Shown: piece by piece, positions 1 through 10,305 of the stretch
How the letters are laid out: every line of letters begins with the position of its first letter
Position numbering within the stretch: the first letter of the stretch is position 1
Assembly: GCA_038061935.1 (NCBI GenBank)
Contig: JBBTYF010000040.1
Coordinates: 1 to 37,975 of the forward strand
DNA length: 37,975 nucleotides
Source: Patescibacteria group bacterium
GTDB taxonomy: Bacteria > Patescibacteriota > Minisyncoccia > Minisyncoccales > MHMH01
Direction of reading: 5' to 3'
The notes under the pieces: model-generated
What the model saw: the letters and a program-made list of their open reading frames with translations, nothing else
The model's database searches: none
Told to the model about the DNA's origin: nothing
Made by a program: the position numbers and the translations under genes

Positions 1-19
1 TACCTTTTAGGATACTATC

Positions 20-1285
20 CTAACGCCTGCTTTTCTTCAATACCCTTTCGAATTTTGCATAAAAAGTAGTATTGTCTTCAAGGTTTTCAAAAACCAAGGT
101 TCCCGGACCAATATTGCACCCGGACCCGATAATGACTCCCGGCATTGTGCCTGTATGAATCCCAAAACGGGTATCCGAACCGATTACCGCCCCAAGACGC
201 GTTAATCCCGTGTCTATTTTTTCTTTCTTAACTATAGACTTAATATTGTTCCTATCTGTTCTTCGATTGGCGGTAATGAAACCGGCGCCAAAACGGCAAT
301 TTTCTCCGATAACCGAATCTCCGACATAGCCTGAGTGGAGGTGAGTGCCCCTACCCACGATAGAATTTTTAATTTCGCAGAACGCCCCCGTCATAACATC
401 ATCCTCTAAGATTACAGGGGCCCTAAAAACGTTATTTGCGGCGATTTTAGAATTATTGCCGACATAGCATGGTCCATTAATCACGGTATTCTCTAAAATG
501 GTTACATTTTTGCCGATAAAAACATCTCCGTTGATAATCACATTTTTAGAAATTTTAGCCGAAGGACTAATTGATTTTTTAAAATACTGAAAACTAAAGA
601 ATATTTTAGAGAGATTTAACAAATGCCAAGGATATTTGAGGGAGACGCTGTCTTTCTTTAATAAAACCAACTCTGCCCCCCGTTGCTCAATAATTGAATT
701 AATCGCCCCTATTAAATTATCTTCTTTTTGGGTCAGTTTTTCGTAAAAATCAAAGAAATCCGGCGGTAAAATATAGGTTTCGGTCGCTTTAATATTAGAG
801 GGCTCTTTTCCTTTAGGAGGATTTTCAACTATCCCTAAAACTTTATTTCCTTTTATTTTTAAAACACCGTAATCCCAGGGGCTGATAGTTTTAACGCCGG
901 CTAAAACAACTCCTTCGGGATTTTTTTTACTTTTTTGTAAAAGCGGCGGCAGATAATTATCAAGATCCAATTTGTGTGGCCCGACGACTAAAAAACTTCC
1001 TTTAATAAGCCCCCTTGCCTGGTAAATGGCATCTCCTGTACCCAACGGCCTTTTTTGAACAACAAATCGCGCCTTAACTCCATAATCTTTGAGCGTTTTC
1101 TCTACCTCCCTCTCCGGCCCCTGAATAATGACGATGTCGCTGATGCCGGCTTTCTTGAGATTTTGAATGGTATACCAAATTAAAGGCCGTCCCATTAATT
1201 TAAAAAGGGACTTATGTTTTGAGTTAAATGGCCAAAAGCGAGAAGATTCTCCAGCCGACAAAATAACAGCTTGTTTAACGCTCAT
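20..1285 (-). CDS. Sugar-1-phosphate nucleotidylyltransferase fused to a left-handed beta-helix acyltransferase (archaeal-type GlmU-like)
   Basis: The N-terminus AVILSAGESSRFWP...GRPLI is an NTP-transferase G-loop. The C-terminal half is hexapeptide-repeat rich (IGKNVTI, VGNNSKI, IGENCRFG, IGSGCNIG). glmS is nearby. Confidence 0.7.
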   Translation of the reverse strand: MSVKQAVILSAGESSRFWPFNSKHKSLFKLMGRPLIWYTIQNLKKAGISDIVIIQGPEREVEKTLKDYGVKARFVVQKRPLGTGDAIYQARGLIKGSFLVVGPHKLDLDNYLPPLLQKSKKNPEGVVLAGVKTISPWDYGVLKIKGNKVLGIVENPPKGKEPSNIKATETYILPPDFFDFYEKLTQKEDNLIGAINSIIEQRGAELVLLKKDSVSLKYPWHLLNLSKIFFSFQYFKKSISPSAKISKNVIINGDVFIGKNVTILENTVINGPCYVGNNSKIAANNVFRAPVILEDDVMTGAFCEIKNSIVGRGTHLHSGYVGDSVIGENCRFGAGFITANRRTDRNNIKSIVKKEKIDTGLTRLGAVIGSDTRFGIHTGTMPGVIIGSGCNIGPGTLVFENLEDNTTFYAKFERVLKKSRR

Positions 1286-2414
1286 AAGTTGATTTTAACA
1301 TCGGCCTAATGATAATCAAGGAGAAAAGGACTATTAAAAAAAGTATCAGGTAAGAAAAAATAATCGGTAAAGAAAGATTGATTAAAAAAATTACCACGTA
1401 TCCGAGATTGTTAGCGATAATAGAGACGGCCGCCAAAGACTCCAAATTTTCATTAGTGGAAGCATCGCCCATTAAAGCGAACCTAAGCGGAGCATAAATG
1501 GCATAACCCAGAGAGATAAAAAGAAAACTCAAAACAAACAACACTTTATTGGCCTCAAAAGTAAATTGCAATAACAATAAAGCAAGACCAATAACAATTA
1601 AGAGGTAAGAAGCGACCAGGAAAAATTTGCGGCCTCTGAAATCGGAAGCCTTGCCCATATAATACGAAAAAATAATCGGCAAAGAATAAAAAATCGGCAT
1701 TAAAAACCCGATCGCCTTAATCCCGAATATTTTTTTAACTTCTAATGGAAACTGTCCACTGGTTGAAGCAATTACTGCTGAAAAAGAAAACCATATCAAA
1801 AAAAGCCGAAAAAATTTAGGATTAACAATAACCTTTTTAAAAATTAAAAGATTATTTTTAAAATTAATCAACTGGGATTCGGTTCTTTTGAGAAATGATA
1901 AAAATATGACGCCGATAATTGAGAAAACGCCGAATATTAGGAATGACAACTCAAAAGATACAGCAGTAACCATAAAACCGAAGAGAATAATACCCAAAGC
2001 TGAACCAAGCCAAAAAATAACACTGAAAAAACCCGAATTCTTCCCATAATTATTCTTATCGCTTGATCTTACTAAAAGAACTCCTTGAGCCGTCCAAAGA
2101 ATTGAAGCGCCAATACCTAAAAAAGCCGAAGCTAAATAAATAGCAACGATGTTTTGTGTAGTTAAAATAAAAATATAGAAAGAATAAAATAAAGAGCCTA
2201 GAATTAAACTATTTTTAGCTCCGAGCCTTGCGACGATAAATCCTGAGAAAAAATTAGCGGCCAAAATAAAACTGTAAATCAAAATCAGCGACCAAAAACC
2301 AACTTCAACTATGCCTAAATCGGAAAAATAGGTTGTTAGAAATTGCTGAACTCCGCTATAAGCCAAAAAGATTATAAAAAAACAAAGGCTAAGAATTTTT
2401 ATTTCTTTCGACAT
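1275..2414 (-). CDS. Polytopic membrane transporter, MFS-like
   Basis: 379 aa, very hydrophobic, with about 10-12 predicted TM segments. No specific family motif was recognised. Confidence 0.5.
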   Translation of the reverse strand: MSKEIKILSLCFFIIFLAYSGVQQFLTTYFSDLGIVEVGFWSLILIYSFILAANFFSGFIVARLGAKNSLILGSLFYSFYIFILTTQNIVAIYLASAFLGIGASILWTAQGVLLVRSSDKNNYGKNSGFFSVIFWLGSALGIILFGFMVTAVSFELSFLIFGVFSIIGVIFLSFLKRTESQLINFKNNLLIFKKVIVNPKFFRLFLIWFSFSAVIASTSGQFPLEVKKIFGIKAIGFLMPIFYSLPIIFSYYMGKASDFRGRKFFLVASYLLIVIGLALLLLQFTFEANKVLFVLSFLFISLGYAIYAPLRFALMGDASTNENLESLAAVSIIANNLGYVVIFLINLSLPIIFSYLILFLIVLFSLIIIRPMLKSTYER

Positions 2415-2416
2415 TT

Positions 2417-3364
2417 TTAAATTAGAGATAATATAATTTTAGCTAATTTATCGGGATCGTGCGCTATGGGGCCATAAGGAGTAACGAGATCCGCTTCGAT
2501 GAATCTTTGATCCAAAGTCCTGTTTTCCACCATATCTAAAAGCTCCGGGTGCTTTTTCTTATATAAAGCCGTTCTTTGAGCATCTGGTTTGGTTTTGTTA
2601 TAAATCACAAAATCGAGCGATCCGCCTAAAATCTTTTCGACTTGGGCTGTAAAGTCCTGAACCATAAAATGATCGGTTTCGCCGTGCTTCTGCATCAAAT
2701 TGCAGATATAGATTTTCTTGGCTTTGCTTTCTCTGATGGCTTGGGCGATGCCTTGAACTAATAAAATTTGGGCTAATGAAGAATACAAATCGCCGGGGCC
2801 GATGGTAATAGCATCAGCCTCCTCAATCGCCTTAAGCGCTTTGGGATATGCCTCAGCCTTAGGCTCTAAATAAACCTCTTTGATTCTAAGATTGCCATTG
2901 TGCTTCGGAACATCGATATTCGCCTCGCCAACAATAGTTTGGCCATTTTCCAAAACCGCAAAGATATTGGCGTCATCAAGAGTAACCGGTAGAATTTCAT
3001 GCTGACTAGGAACCTTCAGTTTAGTTTTAAGCCCTTGAACAGCCGTTTCCTGACTGCCGGTAGCCGCCATTATGGCCGTGCAAAAAACATTAGCCGCCAC
3101 ATGGCCGTCCCAATCACGATAAGCAAAATAATTCTTGGTTTTTACATCTGCCTCCGATAAAGCCAAAGCCGCCCTTCTGATGTCGCCGAAAGAAATACCT
3201 GTTTTAAATCCTTGCCTCAATCTGCCGGCCGAGCCGCCGGTATCTAGGGTAGCAGAAACCACCGATATTTTTACCGGATATTTTTTAAGGCCGGGGAGCA
3301 CTGCCCGGGGCATACCGTTGCCGCCGCCGAGACAAACTATTTTGCGAGATTTTGTTTTTGACAT
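2417..3364 (-). CDS. YvcK/CofD-family protein (UPF0052, gluconeogenesis-factor-like)
   Basis: VCLGGGNG near the N-terminus and TLDTGGSAGRLR are the signature motifs of the CofD/YvcK family. Confidence 0.75.
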   Translation of the reverse strand: MSKTKSRKIVCLGGGNGMPRAVLPGLKKYPVKISVVSATLDTGGSAGRLRQGFKTGISFGDIRRAALALSEADVKTKNYFAYRDWDGHVAANVFCTAIMAATGSQETAVQGLKTKLKVPSQHEILPVTLDDANIFAVLENGQTIVGEANIDVPKHNGNLRIKEVYLEPKAEAYPKALKAIEEADAITIGPGDLYSSLAQILLVQGIAQAIRESKAKKIYICNLMQKHGETDHFMVQDFTAQVEKILGGSLDFVIYNKTKPDAQRTALYKKKHPELLDMVENRTLDQRFIEADLVTPYGPIAHDPDKLAKIILSLI

Positions 3365-3409
3365 TTAATTTAATTACGAATTAATCAAGGTTCTGCTGAA
3401 GGCAGGTTC

Positions 3410-4282
3410 TTACTTAAACTCTTTAATCACCCTGCTCCAATTTATATTTCTTTTAAGAGCATACCAGGGCTTTTTTAATTGCGGCCATTGAGATTCAAAA
3501 GTAGGACGCTTAGTCTCATAAAAAACACCGGTGGGCACTTTCATGTCTTTTTCGTAAGAATAATCCCACTCCCTCGCTCGTTCCAGCGCCTGGTTTAAAT
3601 TACCGGTATCGCGCGTTTCTTCAATTTTATAAACATTCTTATTAAAATAAGGCATTGAATGCTTATGATAAACAATGCAGGGCTGAAGAATATCAATGAA
3701 AGCAAAACCTTCATGTATTATGGCTTTTTTGATTAATTCTTTCAGATAAGGACCCTGCAAAGCATAGCCCCTGGCCACGAAAGTGGCGCCCATCTCCAAA
3801 GCCAAAACAAGAGAGTTAATTGGTTTTTCTCCTTGGCCCAAAGGAGTGGAGCCGTCAACAAAGCCCTTTTCGGTGATGGCGTTCGCCTGGCCCGTGGTTA
3901 AGGCAAAAACCTGATTGGTATGGACCATCATGGTAATATCCGCATTATACCGGCAAGCGTGAACGAAATGAGCAACTCCCTCGTCAAAAGTATCGCCGTC
4001 TCCTCCGAAGCCGAGAACGGTCAAATCGGGATTGCCTAATTTCATACCCAAACAAACTGGCAGAACTCTGCCGTGCAAACCGTTAAAACCGTTCAAATTA
4101 AGATAATCGTAAATCTTGCCGTGGCAACCGATGCCCGTTACTAGAGTAGCGTCTTTAACGCTTAATTTACCTTCATTGGCTAATTCGGCCAGCGCTTCTT
4201 TAGCCGAAAGTAGGATACCGGAGTTGGGACAGCCCGGGCACCAAGTATTTTCTTCCTTTGTATTGAAATCTTGGCGAATCAT
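3410..4282 (-). CDS. 2-oxoacid:ferredoxin oxidoreductase, beta (TPP-binding) subunit
   Basis: WCPGCPNSGIL, GIGCHGK and the GGDGDTFDEG TPP-binding motif. Overlaps the upstream alpha subunit by 4 nt. Confidence 0.85.
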   Translation of the reverse strand: MIRQDFNTKEENTWCPGCPNSGILLSAKEALAELANEGKLSVKDATLVTGIGCHGKIYDYLNLNGFNGLHGRVLPVCLGMKLGNPDLTVLGFGGDGDTFDEGVAHFVHACRYNADITMMVHTNQVFALTTGQANAITEKGFVDGSTPLGQGEKPINSLVLALEMGATFVARGYALQGPYLKELIKKAIIHEGFAFIDILQPCIVYHKHSMPYFNKNVYKIEETRDTGNLNQALERAREWDYSYEKDMKVPTGVFYETKRPTFESQWPQLKKPWYALKRNINWSRVIKEFK

Positions 4283-5892
4283 ATTTTTTTAAATTTATCT
4301 ACTAAGAACTCCGGAGTAAAAGGCCGGCCGTCATATTTTAATATCTTATGCTTAATCGTGATGCCGGTTTCTTCCTTAATGACATCGGCTAGAGAGCCCT
4401 TAACTCCGTTTTCTATTAGAATAACTTTCTTGGATTTTTTGATTTCTTTTGAAACTATTTCCGCCGGAAAGGGTTTCAAATAAGAAATTTGCAAAAATCT
4501 GAAATTCTTCATCTGCGGCAAAGCGTCTAAAATGGCTCCCTTGGTCGAACCATAACTGATTAATAAATTATTTCCCTTGCCATATAAAGAAACGGGATTT
4601 AATTTATTAATCTCTCTTTTGATAAAATCTAATTTTTTAAATCTTTTATCCTGCATTTTTATTGTCCAAGCCGAATCTTCAATGGTGTGGCCGGCTTCGT
4701 TATGCTCATAGCTGTTGGCTCTGACAACGGGCCCTTGGCCGGGCACGGCTCTGGGGGAAACGCCATTTGCAGTTATCTTATAGGACTTATAGTCTTGAGG
4801 CGGATTTTCCAAAATAAAGCGACTGTCGGGCAAAGCAGATTTCTTAATTTCATTAAAAGAGTAATCGCTTTCAGCCAAATGCTTATCCGACAAAATAATG
4901 GCAGGTACCCTGTATTTACTAGACAAATAAAAAGCTTCTTGGGTTCTGGTAATCGCTTCCTGAGCATCGCCGGGAGATGAAACCACTCTTAAAAATTCCC
5001 CGTGGCCGGCGTTTAAAGCGAACTTCAGGTCTCCTTGACCGGTATGAGTGGCGAGTCCTGTGGCTGGCGCCGGCCTCTGCCCTAAATAAATTACCAAGGG
5101 AAGTTCGGTCATAGCGGCTAAGCTTAAGCCCTCTGACATTAAAGCAAATCCGCCGCCGGAAGTGCCCACCATGGTTTTGGCGCCGGCAAAAGAAGCGCCC
5201 AAAGCCGCGTTGACGACCGCAATCTCGTTTTCCGGCTGAAAGACCAGAATATTATTTGCCAGCTGTCTCTTAGCTAAAAAATGCAAAACCGGGCTGGCTG
5301 GCGTCATGGGGTAAGCTAAATAAACATCCAGGCCCGCAGCGATAGCGCCGATGCTAATGGCCTCGCTTCCGGAAATAAAATATTTAGCTTCTTGCCCTGA
5401 GCTGCGTCGAAGGGTTTCTTTTTGAACGCCCAGCTTGTAGCCTTCCTCAATGGCTTTTTTTATCAAGCCGGCTTTTTTACCGAATATTTCATCGGCCTCG
5501 GTCAAAATAATTTCCAAATCCGCTCCAAAATACTTAAAAAGCAATCCGATTAAAACATCGTTAGCTAAAATACCGGGACCCTGCAATTTTTGAACTACGG
5601 GTTCGGTTTCTTTGGCTCCGAAGATCAAGCCGCCTTTTTTTAAATCTTTTCTATGGATGTCAATTGTTTTCTGGTCTAAGGCCAGAATAAAATCATAATG
5701 ATATTCGTGGGAATAAACCGGTTTGTCAGAAATCTTAAGAACATTAAAATTATGCCCGCCCCTGATTAAAGAAGGATAGTCCCTATAGTTAAAAACATAG
5801 CAACCCAGATTGCAAAATATCCTGCCGATAAGGTGAGCGGTTACGGCCGACCCCAAGCCGGCCGCCCCGCCGATTAAAATTGTTTTCTCCAT
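4279..5892 (-). CDS. 2-oxoacid:ferredoxin oxidoreductase, fused gamma-alpha subunit
   Basis: The N-terminus GGAAGLGSAV...RGGHN is gamma-domain-like. It is followed by an alpha-domain core (GSEAISIGAIAAG...AYPMTPASP). No delta/ferredoxin subunit is adjacent. Confidence 0.85.
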   Translation of the reverse strand: MEKTILIGGAAGLGSAVTAHLIGRIFCNLGCYVFNYRDYPSLIRGGHNFNVLKISDKPVYSHEYHYDFILALDQKTIDIHRKDLKKGGLIFGAKETEPVVQKLQGPGILANDVLIGLLFKYFGADLEIILTEADEIFGKKAGLIKKAIEEGYKLGVQKETLRRSSGQEAKYFISGSEAISIGAIAAGLDVYLAYPMTPASPVLHFLAKRQLANNILVFQPENEIAVVNAALGASFAGAKTMVGTSGGGFALMSEGLSLAAMTELPLVIYLGQRPAPATGLATHTGQGDLKFALNAGHGEFLRVVSSPGDAQEAITRTQEAFYLSSKYRVPAIILSDKHLAESDYSFNEIKKSALPDSRFILENPPQDYKSYKITANGVSPRAVPGQGPVVRANSYEHNEAGHTIEDSAWTIKMQDKRFKKLDFIKREINKLNPVSLYGKGNNLLISYGSTKGAILDALPQMKNFRFLQISYLKPFPAEIVSKEIKKSKKVILIENGVKGSLADVIKEETGITIKHKILKYDGRPFTPEFLVDKFKKI

Positions 5893-5896
5893 AGTA

Positions 5897-7735
5897 TCAC
5901 TCTACTGTTACGGACTTCGCTAAATTTCTCGGTTTATCAACGTCATTCCCCTTCAAAACGCCCATATAATAAGCGAAGAGATGGAGAGGAATGGCGGCTA
6001 AAATAGGCGTCAGCATTTCCGAGGTTTTGGGGATATAAATGACGTCGTCAACTAATTCCTTTATCCTTTCATCTCCTTCGGTGGCAATAGCGATAACGGG
6101 AGCTTTTCTGGCTTTTACCTCCTGAATATTGGAAATAACTTTTTCATAAACGCTGTCTTGCGGAGCGATAAAAACAAAGGGGAAGTTTTCATCGGCCAAA
6201 GCAATGGGGCCGTGCTTCATTTCGCCGGAAGCATAACCTTCGGCATGAATATATGCTATTTCTTTTAACTTTAAAGCTCCTTCCAAAGCTACAGGATAAT
6301 TATACTTTCTGCCCAGAAAAATAAAATTATTATACTTATAATATTTTTCTGCGATTTCTTTTATTTTCTTAGCTTCTTGCGCCAGAATAATTCGAGCCTT
6401 TTCTGGCAAGGCCTTAAGATCTTGAGCGATTCTTTGGCCCTTAATCAAACTTAAATTTCGCTGACGGCCCAATAACAGCGTTAAAAGAGCCATTACGGTT
6501 AATTGAGAAATAAAAGCTTTAGTGCTGGCTACGCCGATTTCCGGCCCAATGTGATTGTAAATTCCGGCATCGGTTTCCCGGGCAATGGTGCTACCCACAA
6601 CATTAATTATGCCTATCGTTAAAACGCCCTTCATTTTCATTTCTTTCAAAGCGGCTAAGGTATCGGCTGTTTCTCCTGATTGGGAAACGCAAAGTAAAAC
6701 CGTATTTTCATCAATGATCGGTTTTCGATAGCGAAATTCTGAAGCGATATCCGCCTCTACCGGAATGCCCGCATACTCTTCAAGCATATATCGGCCGACT
6801 AAAGATGCGTAAAAAGCAGTGCCGCAAGCCGTAAAAAGCATTCTTTTCACTTTTCTTAAGCGAATCATGATCTCTTCTAAGCCGCCCAATTTAGCTGTAC
6901 CCTCTTCCGCCAATAATCTGCCTTTGATGGAATTCTCAATGGCCTCGGGTTCTTCCATTATTTCTTTCAACATAAAATGAGGATAACCGCCTTTTTGGGC
7001 ATCCTCGAATTTCCATTCAATTTCCTCGGGCTTTTTTTCTTTAAGAATAGAAAAATTATCGGGAGTGATGGTCACAATCTCGCCGTCATCAAGATAAATA
7101 ACTTTATTGGTGTGAGCAATAACGGCTGACGGATCGGAGGCGATAAAATATTCGTTTTCTCCCAAACCGAGCAATAAAGGACTGGAAAGCCGAGCGGCCA
7201 CAAGTTTGTTCGGATCATTTTTAGCAATTACCGCAATGCCGTAACTGCCCTTAATAAGAGGCAGGGCTTTGCGCACCGCCTCTTCAAGATTCCCCTGAAA
7301 AAACTTTTCCACCAAATGAGAGATAACCTCGGTATCGGTTTCAGAATTAAACTTGTGGCCTTCCTTTTGAAGCATCTCCTTTAATTCTTTGTAGTTTTCA
7401 ACGATGCCGTTGTGAACCAAATAAATATTTTTTTGACAATCAAAATGAGGATGAGCGTTAGGTTCGGTCACTCCGCCGTGCGTCGCCCATCTGGTATGTA
7501 AAATTATGGGGTTAGCCGACAATATCGCAGCGTTAATTGCGCCATTGGCCTTTTCTTCCAAAGCCGTAATATGACCTACTGCTTTTTCGCAAAAAATATC
7601 TTTTTTACTTTCATCCCAAAAAGCAAAACCGGCGGAGTCATATCCGCGGTATTCTAACCTTTTCAAGGCTTCTATGCCAAGCTTAAGAGAGTTTGGCGTT
7701 TGTTTTCGGGCGATATAGCCAACAATTCCACACAT
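5897..7735 (-). CDS. glmS: Glutamine--fructose-6-phosphate aminotransferase
   Basis: MCGIVGYI N-terminal nucleophile, two SIS-domain regions, and the canonical C-terminus ...NLAKSVTVE. Confidence 0.95.
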   Translation of the reverse strand: MCGIVGYIARKQTPNSLKLGIEALKRLEYRGYDSAGFAFWDESKKDIFCEKAVGHITALEEKANGAINAAILSANPIILHTRWATHGGVTEPNAHPHFDCQKNIYLVHNGIVENYKELKEMLQKEGHKFNSETDTEVISHLVEKFFQGNLEEAVRKALPLIKGSYGIAVIAKNDPNKLVAARLSSPLLLGLGENEYFIASDPSAVIAHTNKVIYLDDGEIVTITPDNFSILKEKKPEEIEWKFEDAQKGGYPHFMLKEIMEEPEAIENSIKGRLLAEEGTAKLGGLEEIMIRLRKVKRMLFTACGTAFYASLVGRYMLEEYAGIPVEADIASEFRYRKPIIDENTVLLCVSQSGETADTLAALKEMKMKGVLTIGIINVVGSTIARETDAGIYNHIGPEIGVASTKAFISQLTVMALLTLLLGRQRNLSLIKGQRIAQDLKALPEKARIILAQEAKKIKEIAEKYYKYNNFIFLGRKYNYPVALEGALKLKEIAYIHAEGYASGEMKHGPIALADENFPFVFIAPQDSVYEKVISNIQEVKARKAPVIAIATEGDERIKELVDDVIYIPKTSEMLTPILAAIPLHLFAYYMGVLKGNDVDKPRNLAKSVTVE

Positions 7736-7750
7736 ACGAACGTGGTGAGT

Positions 7751-7799
7751 ACCCCGCCCTCTATGCTTTATGTTTTTTCTTTGGCTTAGAGGGCGGGGT
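7751..7799 (-). promoter_or_regulatory. GC-rich stem-loop between the leuS stop and the glmS start
   Basis: ACCCCGCCCTCT (7751-7762) pairs perfectly with AGAGGGCGGGGT (7788-7799), with a 25-nt loop. It shares the core ACCCCGCCCT/AGGGCGGGGT with the hairpin at 33938-33964. No clear T-tract follows. Confidence 0.35.
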
Positions 7800-7805
7800 C
7801 TCCGT

Positions 7806-10238
7806 TTACACTACAATATTAATTAGTTTCCCGGGCACGAAAATCACCTTTTTTATCTCTTTATCCAATATGTAGGTTTTAACCTTTTTTTGGCTTAATG
7901 TCAACTCTCGGGCCTCCTTCTCGGAAATACCTGTTTTAACCTCAATTGTATCCCTCGTCTTCCCGTTGATTTGGATAACCAAGATGGTTGTGTCTTTCTT
8001 GATGATTTCTTCCGAATATTCGGGCCATTTCTCCTGAAAAATGCTGTTTTTGTGCCCCAACCTACTCCAAAGATCTTCGGCCATATGCGGAGCAAAAGGA
8101 GAAAGCAAAATTAACATTCTCTCAATCGCATCACTGCCAACCTCAGTCGGTTTCTCTTGCGCCAGATTAACAAATTCCATAAAACCGGCGATAATCGTGT
8201 TAAACTTCATCTGGCCTAATTCCTCGCTGATTTTTTTATTCAATTTGTGTATGGCTCTTAAGATATCTTCGTTGCTCTGCTTGTTTCCGGCGCAAGTTAA
8301 AGATATCTTCCACGCCTTTTCCAAGAAACGCGCTACTCCCTTCACCCCGTCTTCATTCCAAGAAATTGCCTGATCAAAAGGCCCCATAAACATTTCATAA
8401 ACTCTTAAGGTATCAGCTCCGTATTTTTGAACGATGTCGTCGGGATTCACCACGTTGCCGAAGGACTTGGACATTTTGCGGCCATCTCCCGCCAAAACCA
8501 CGCCATGAGAAGTTCTTTTCTGATACGGCTCTTTCTGTGGAGCTACCTTTATATCAAAAAGAAACTTATAGATAAAACGGGAATATAAGAGATGCAGGGT
8601 GGTATGTTCCATACCGCCGTTGTACCAATCCACGGGCAGCCAATATTTTAATTTCTTAGGATCAGCAAGCGCTTTATCATTATTCGAATCGCAATAACGC
8701 ATGAAATACCAATTGGAACCGGCCCAATTGGGCATGGTATCGGTTTCTCTTTTAGCTGGTCCTCCGCACGTCGGGCATTTAACATTAACCCAATCGGTAA
8801 TCGCTGATAAAGGAGATTCGCCCGTGTGGGAAGGCTGGTATTTTTCGATATAAGGCAATTCCACCGGCAAATCCTTTTCGGAAACGGGTACTGTCCCACA
8901 TTTTGGACAATGGACAACAGGAATGGGTTCGCCCCAATAATGCTGCCTGGAAAAAACCCAGTCGCGCAACTTATATTGAATTGTTTCTTTGCCTAATTTC
9001 TTTTTTTCCAATTCTTTAGTGATTTTTTTAATCGCCTCTGCCGATTTTAATCCATTGAATTTGCCAGAACTAACCAAATGACCCTCGCCTTCGTAAGCCT
9101 TATCTAAAATAGGACAAACTGGCTCAGGGTAATTTGGGCAAATTACAATTTTTAACGGCAGATTATATTTTTTTGAAAATCCGAAATCGCGCTGGTCGTG
9201 AGCCGGCACCATCATCACAGCTCCCCCGCCGTAAGCCGAAATAACGTAATCGCCAATCCAAATGGGTATTTTTTCATCGGTCAGCGGATGTCTGCAAAAA
9301 CTGCCGGTAAAAACACCGGTTTTTTCCTTCTCCAGTTTCTCTCTTTCAAAATCGCTTTTTCTTTTCGCGTCTTCAATGTATTTTTTAACGCTCTCTTTGT
9401 TTTCCGGCGCCACTATTTTCTCAACCAGCGGATGCTCCGGAGCCAAAACCATGGCTGTCACCCCGAAAAGCGTATCCGCCCTTGTCGTAAAAACGCTAAT
9501 TGATAAATTGTTAATTGGAAATTGTATTTCCGTACCAAAACTTTTGCCGATCCAGTTGATTTGTTGGGACTTGACCCGCTCGGGAAAATCTAATCCTTCT
9601 AAATCATCAATCAGTCTGTCGGCATAAGCCGTAATTTTTAACATCCATTGCTTCTGGACTTTTCTTTCCACCACAGCTCCACAGCGTTCGCAGGCTCCCC
9701 CTACTGCCTCTTCATTAGCCAAGCCGATTTTACATGCAGGGCACCAGTTAATAGGTATTTCAGCCTGATAAGCCAGATCTTTTTCTAAAAGCTTAAGAAA
9801 AATCCATTGAGTCCATTTATAGTATTTAGGATCAGTTGTGTTGATTTCGCGAGACCAATCGAAAGACAGGCCTAGGTTTTTGAGCTGGCGCTTGAAATTC
9901 GCAATGTTTTTTTGAGTAGCAATGCTGGGATGAATGCCATGCTTAATGGCATAATTTTCCGTAGGTAGACCGAAAGCATCCCAACCGATTGGAAAGAGAA
10001 CGTTGGCGCCCGCCATTCTTTTCTGACGAGCAATCGCATCTAGGGCGCAATAGGGCCGGCAATGTCCAACATGAAGACCGTCTCCCGAAGGGTAGGGAAA
10101 TTCCAGTAAAAGATATTGTTTCGGCTTCCTGCCCGCCTGCCGGCGAGGCAGGGAAAAATCCTCGGCTTTATAAAAGCCGTTTTCCTCCCAGTATTTCTGC
10201 CACTTAGGTTCTATTTCTTGAGGATTATATGTCTCCAT
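7806..10238 (-). CDS. leuS: Leucyl-tRNA synthetase
   Basis: HIGH (GLHVGH), KMSKS (KMSKSFGN) and a CP1 editing domain. I place the start at the ATG at 10238 (METYNPQEIEPKWQKYW, the conserved LeuS N-terminus). The track's 10379 start would overlap mtnP. Confidence 0.95.
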   Translation of the reverse strand: METYNPQEIEPKWQKYWEENGFYKAEDFSLPRRQAGRKPKQYLLLEFPYPSGDGLHVGHCRPYCALDAIARQKRMAGANVLFPIGWDAFGLPTENYAIKHGIHPSIATQKNIANFKRQLKNLGLSFDWSREINTTDPKYYKWTQWIFLKLLEKDLAYQAEIPINWCPACKIGLANEEAVGGACERCGAVVERKVQKQWMLKITAYADRLIDDLEGLDFPERVKSQQINWIGKSFGTEIQFPINNLSISVFTTRADTLFGVTAMVLAPEHPLVEKIVAPENKESVKKYIEDAKRKSDFEREKLEKEKTGVFTGSFCRHPLTDEKIPIWIGDYVISAYGGGAVMMVPAHDQRDFGFSKKYNLPLKIVICPNYPEPVCPILDKAYEGEGHLVSSGKFNGLKSAEAIKKITKELEKKKLGKETIQYKLRDWVFSRQHYWGEPIPVVHCPKCGTVPVSEKDLPVELPYIEKYQPSHTGESPLSAITDWVNVKCPTCGGPAKRETDTMPNWAGSNWYFMRYCDSNNDKALADPKKLKYWLPVDWYNGGMEHTTLHLLYSRFIYKFLFDIKVAPQKEPYQKRTSHGVVLAGDGRKMSKSFGNVVNPDDIVQKYGADTLRVYEMFMGPFDQAISWNEDGVKGVARFLEKAWKISLTCAGNKQSNEDILRAIHKLNKKISEELGQMKFNTIIAGFMEFVNLAQEKPTEVGSDAIERMLILLSPFAPHMAEDLWSRLGHKNSIFQEKWPEYSEEIIKKDTTILVIQINGKTRDTIEVKTGISEKEARELTLSQKKVKTYILDKEIKKVIFVPGKLINIVV

Positions 10239-10305
10239 ATTTTTCAATTTAACATAAAAAACCGGCGTTTTCAAGCCGATTTTTACTCGTTTAAAATCTC
10301 TGTTT
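10239..10305 (-). promoter_or_regulatory. mtnP-leuS spacer with a weak hairpin plus T-tract and a TAAATT box 7 nt from the leuS ATG
   Basis: The minus strand reads AATCGGCTTGAAAACGCCGGTTTTTTATGTTAAATTGAAAAAT-ATG. The string TAAATTGAAAA also sits directly before the smpB ATG. Confidence 0.3.

Noticed and set aside
7736-7805. Possible glmS ribozyme upstream of glmS
   Set aside because: The spacer is only 70 nt and consists of one simple 12-bp hairpin. That is too short and too simple for the double-pseudoknotted glmS ribozyme of about 170 nt.
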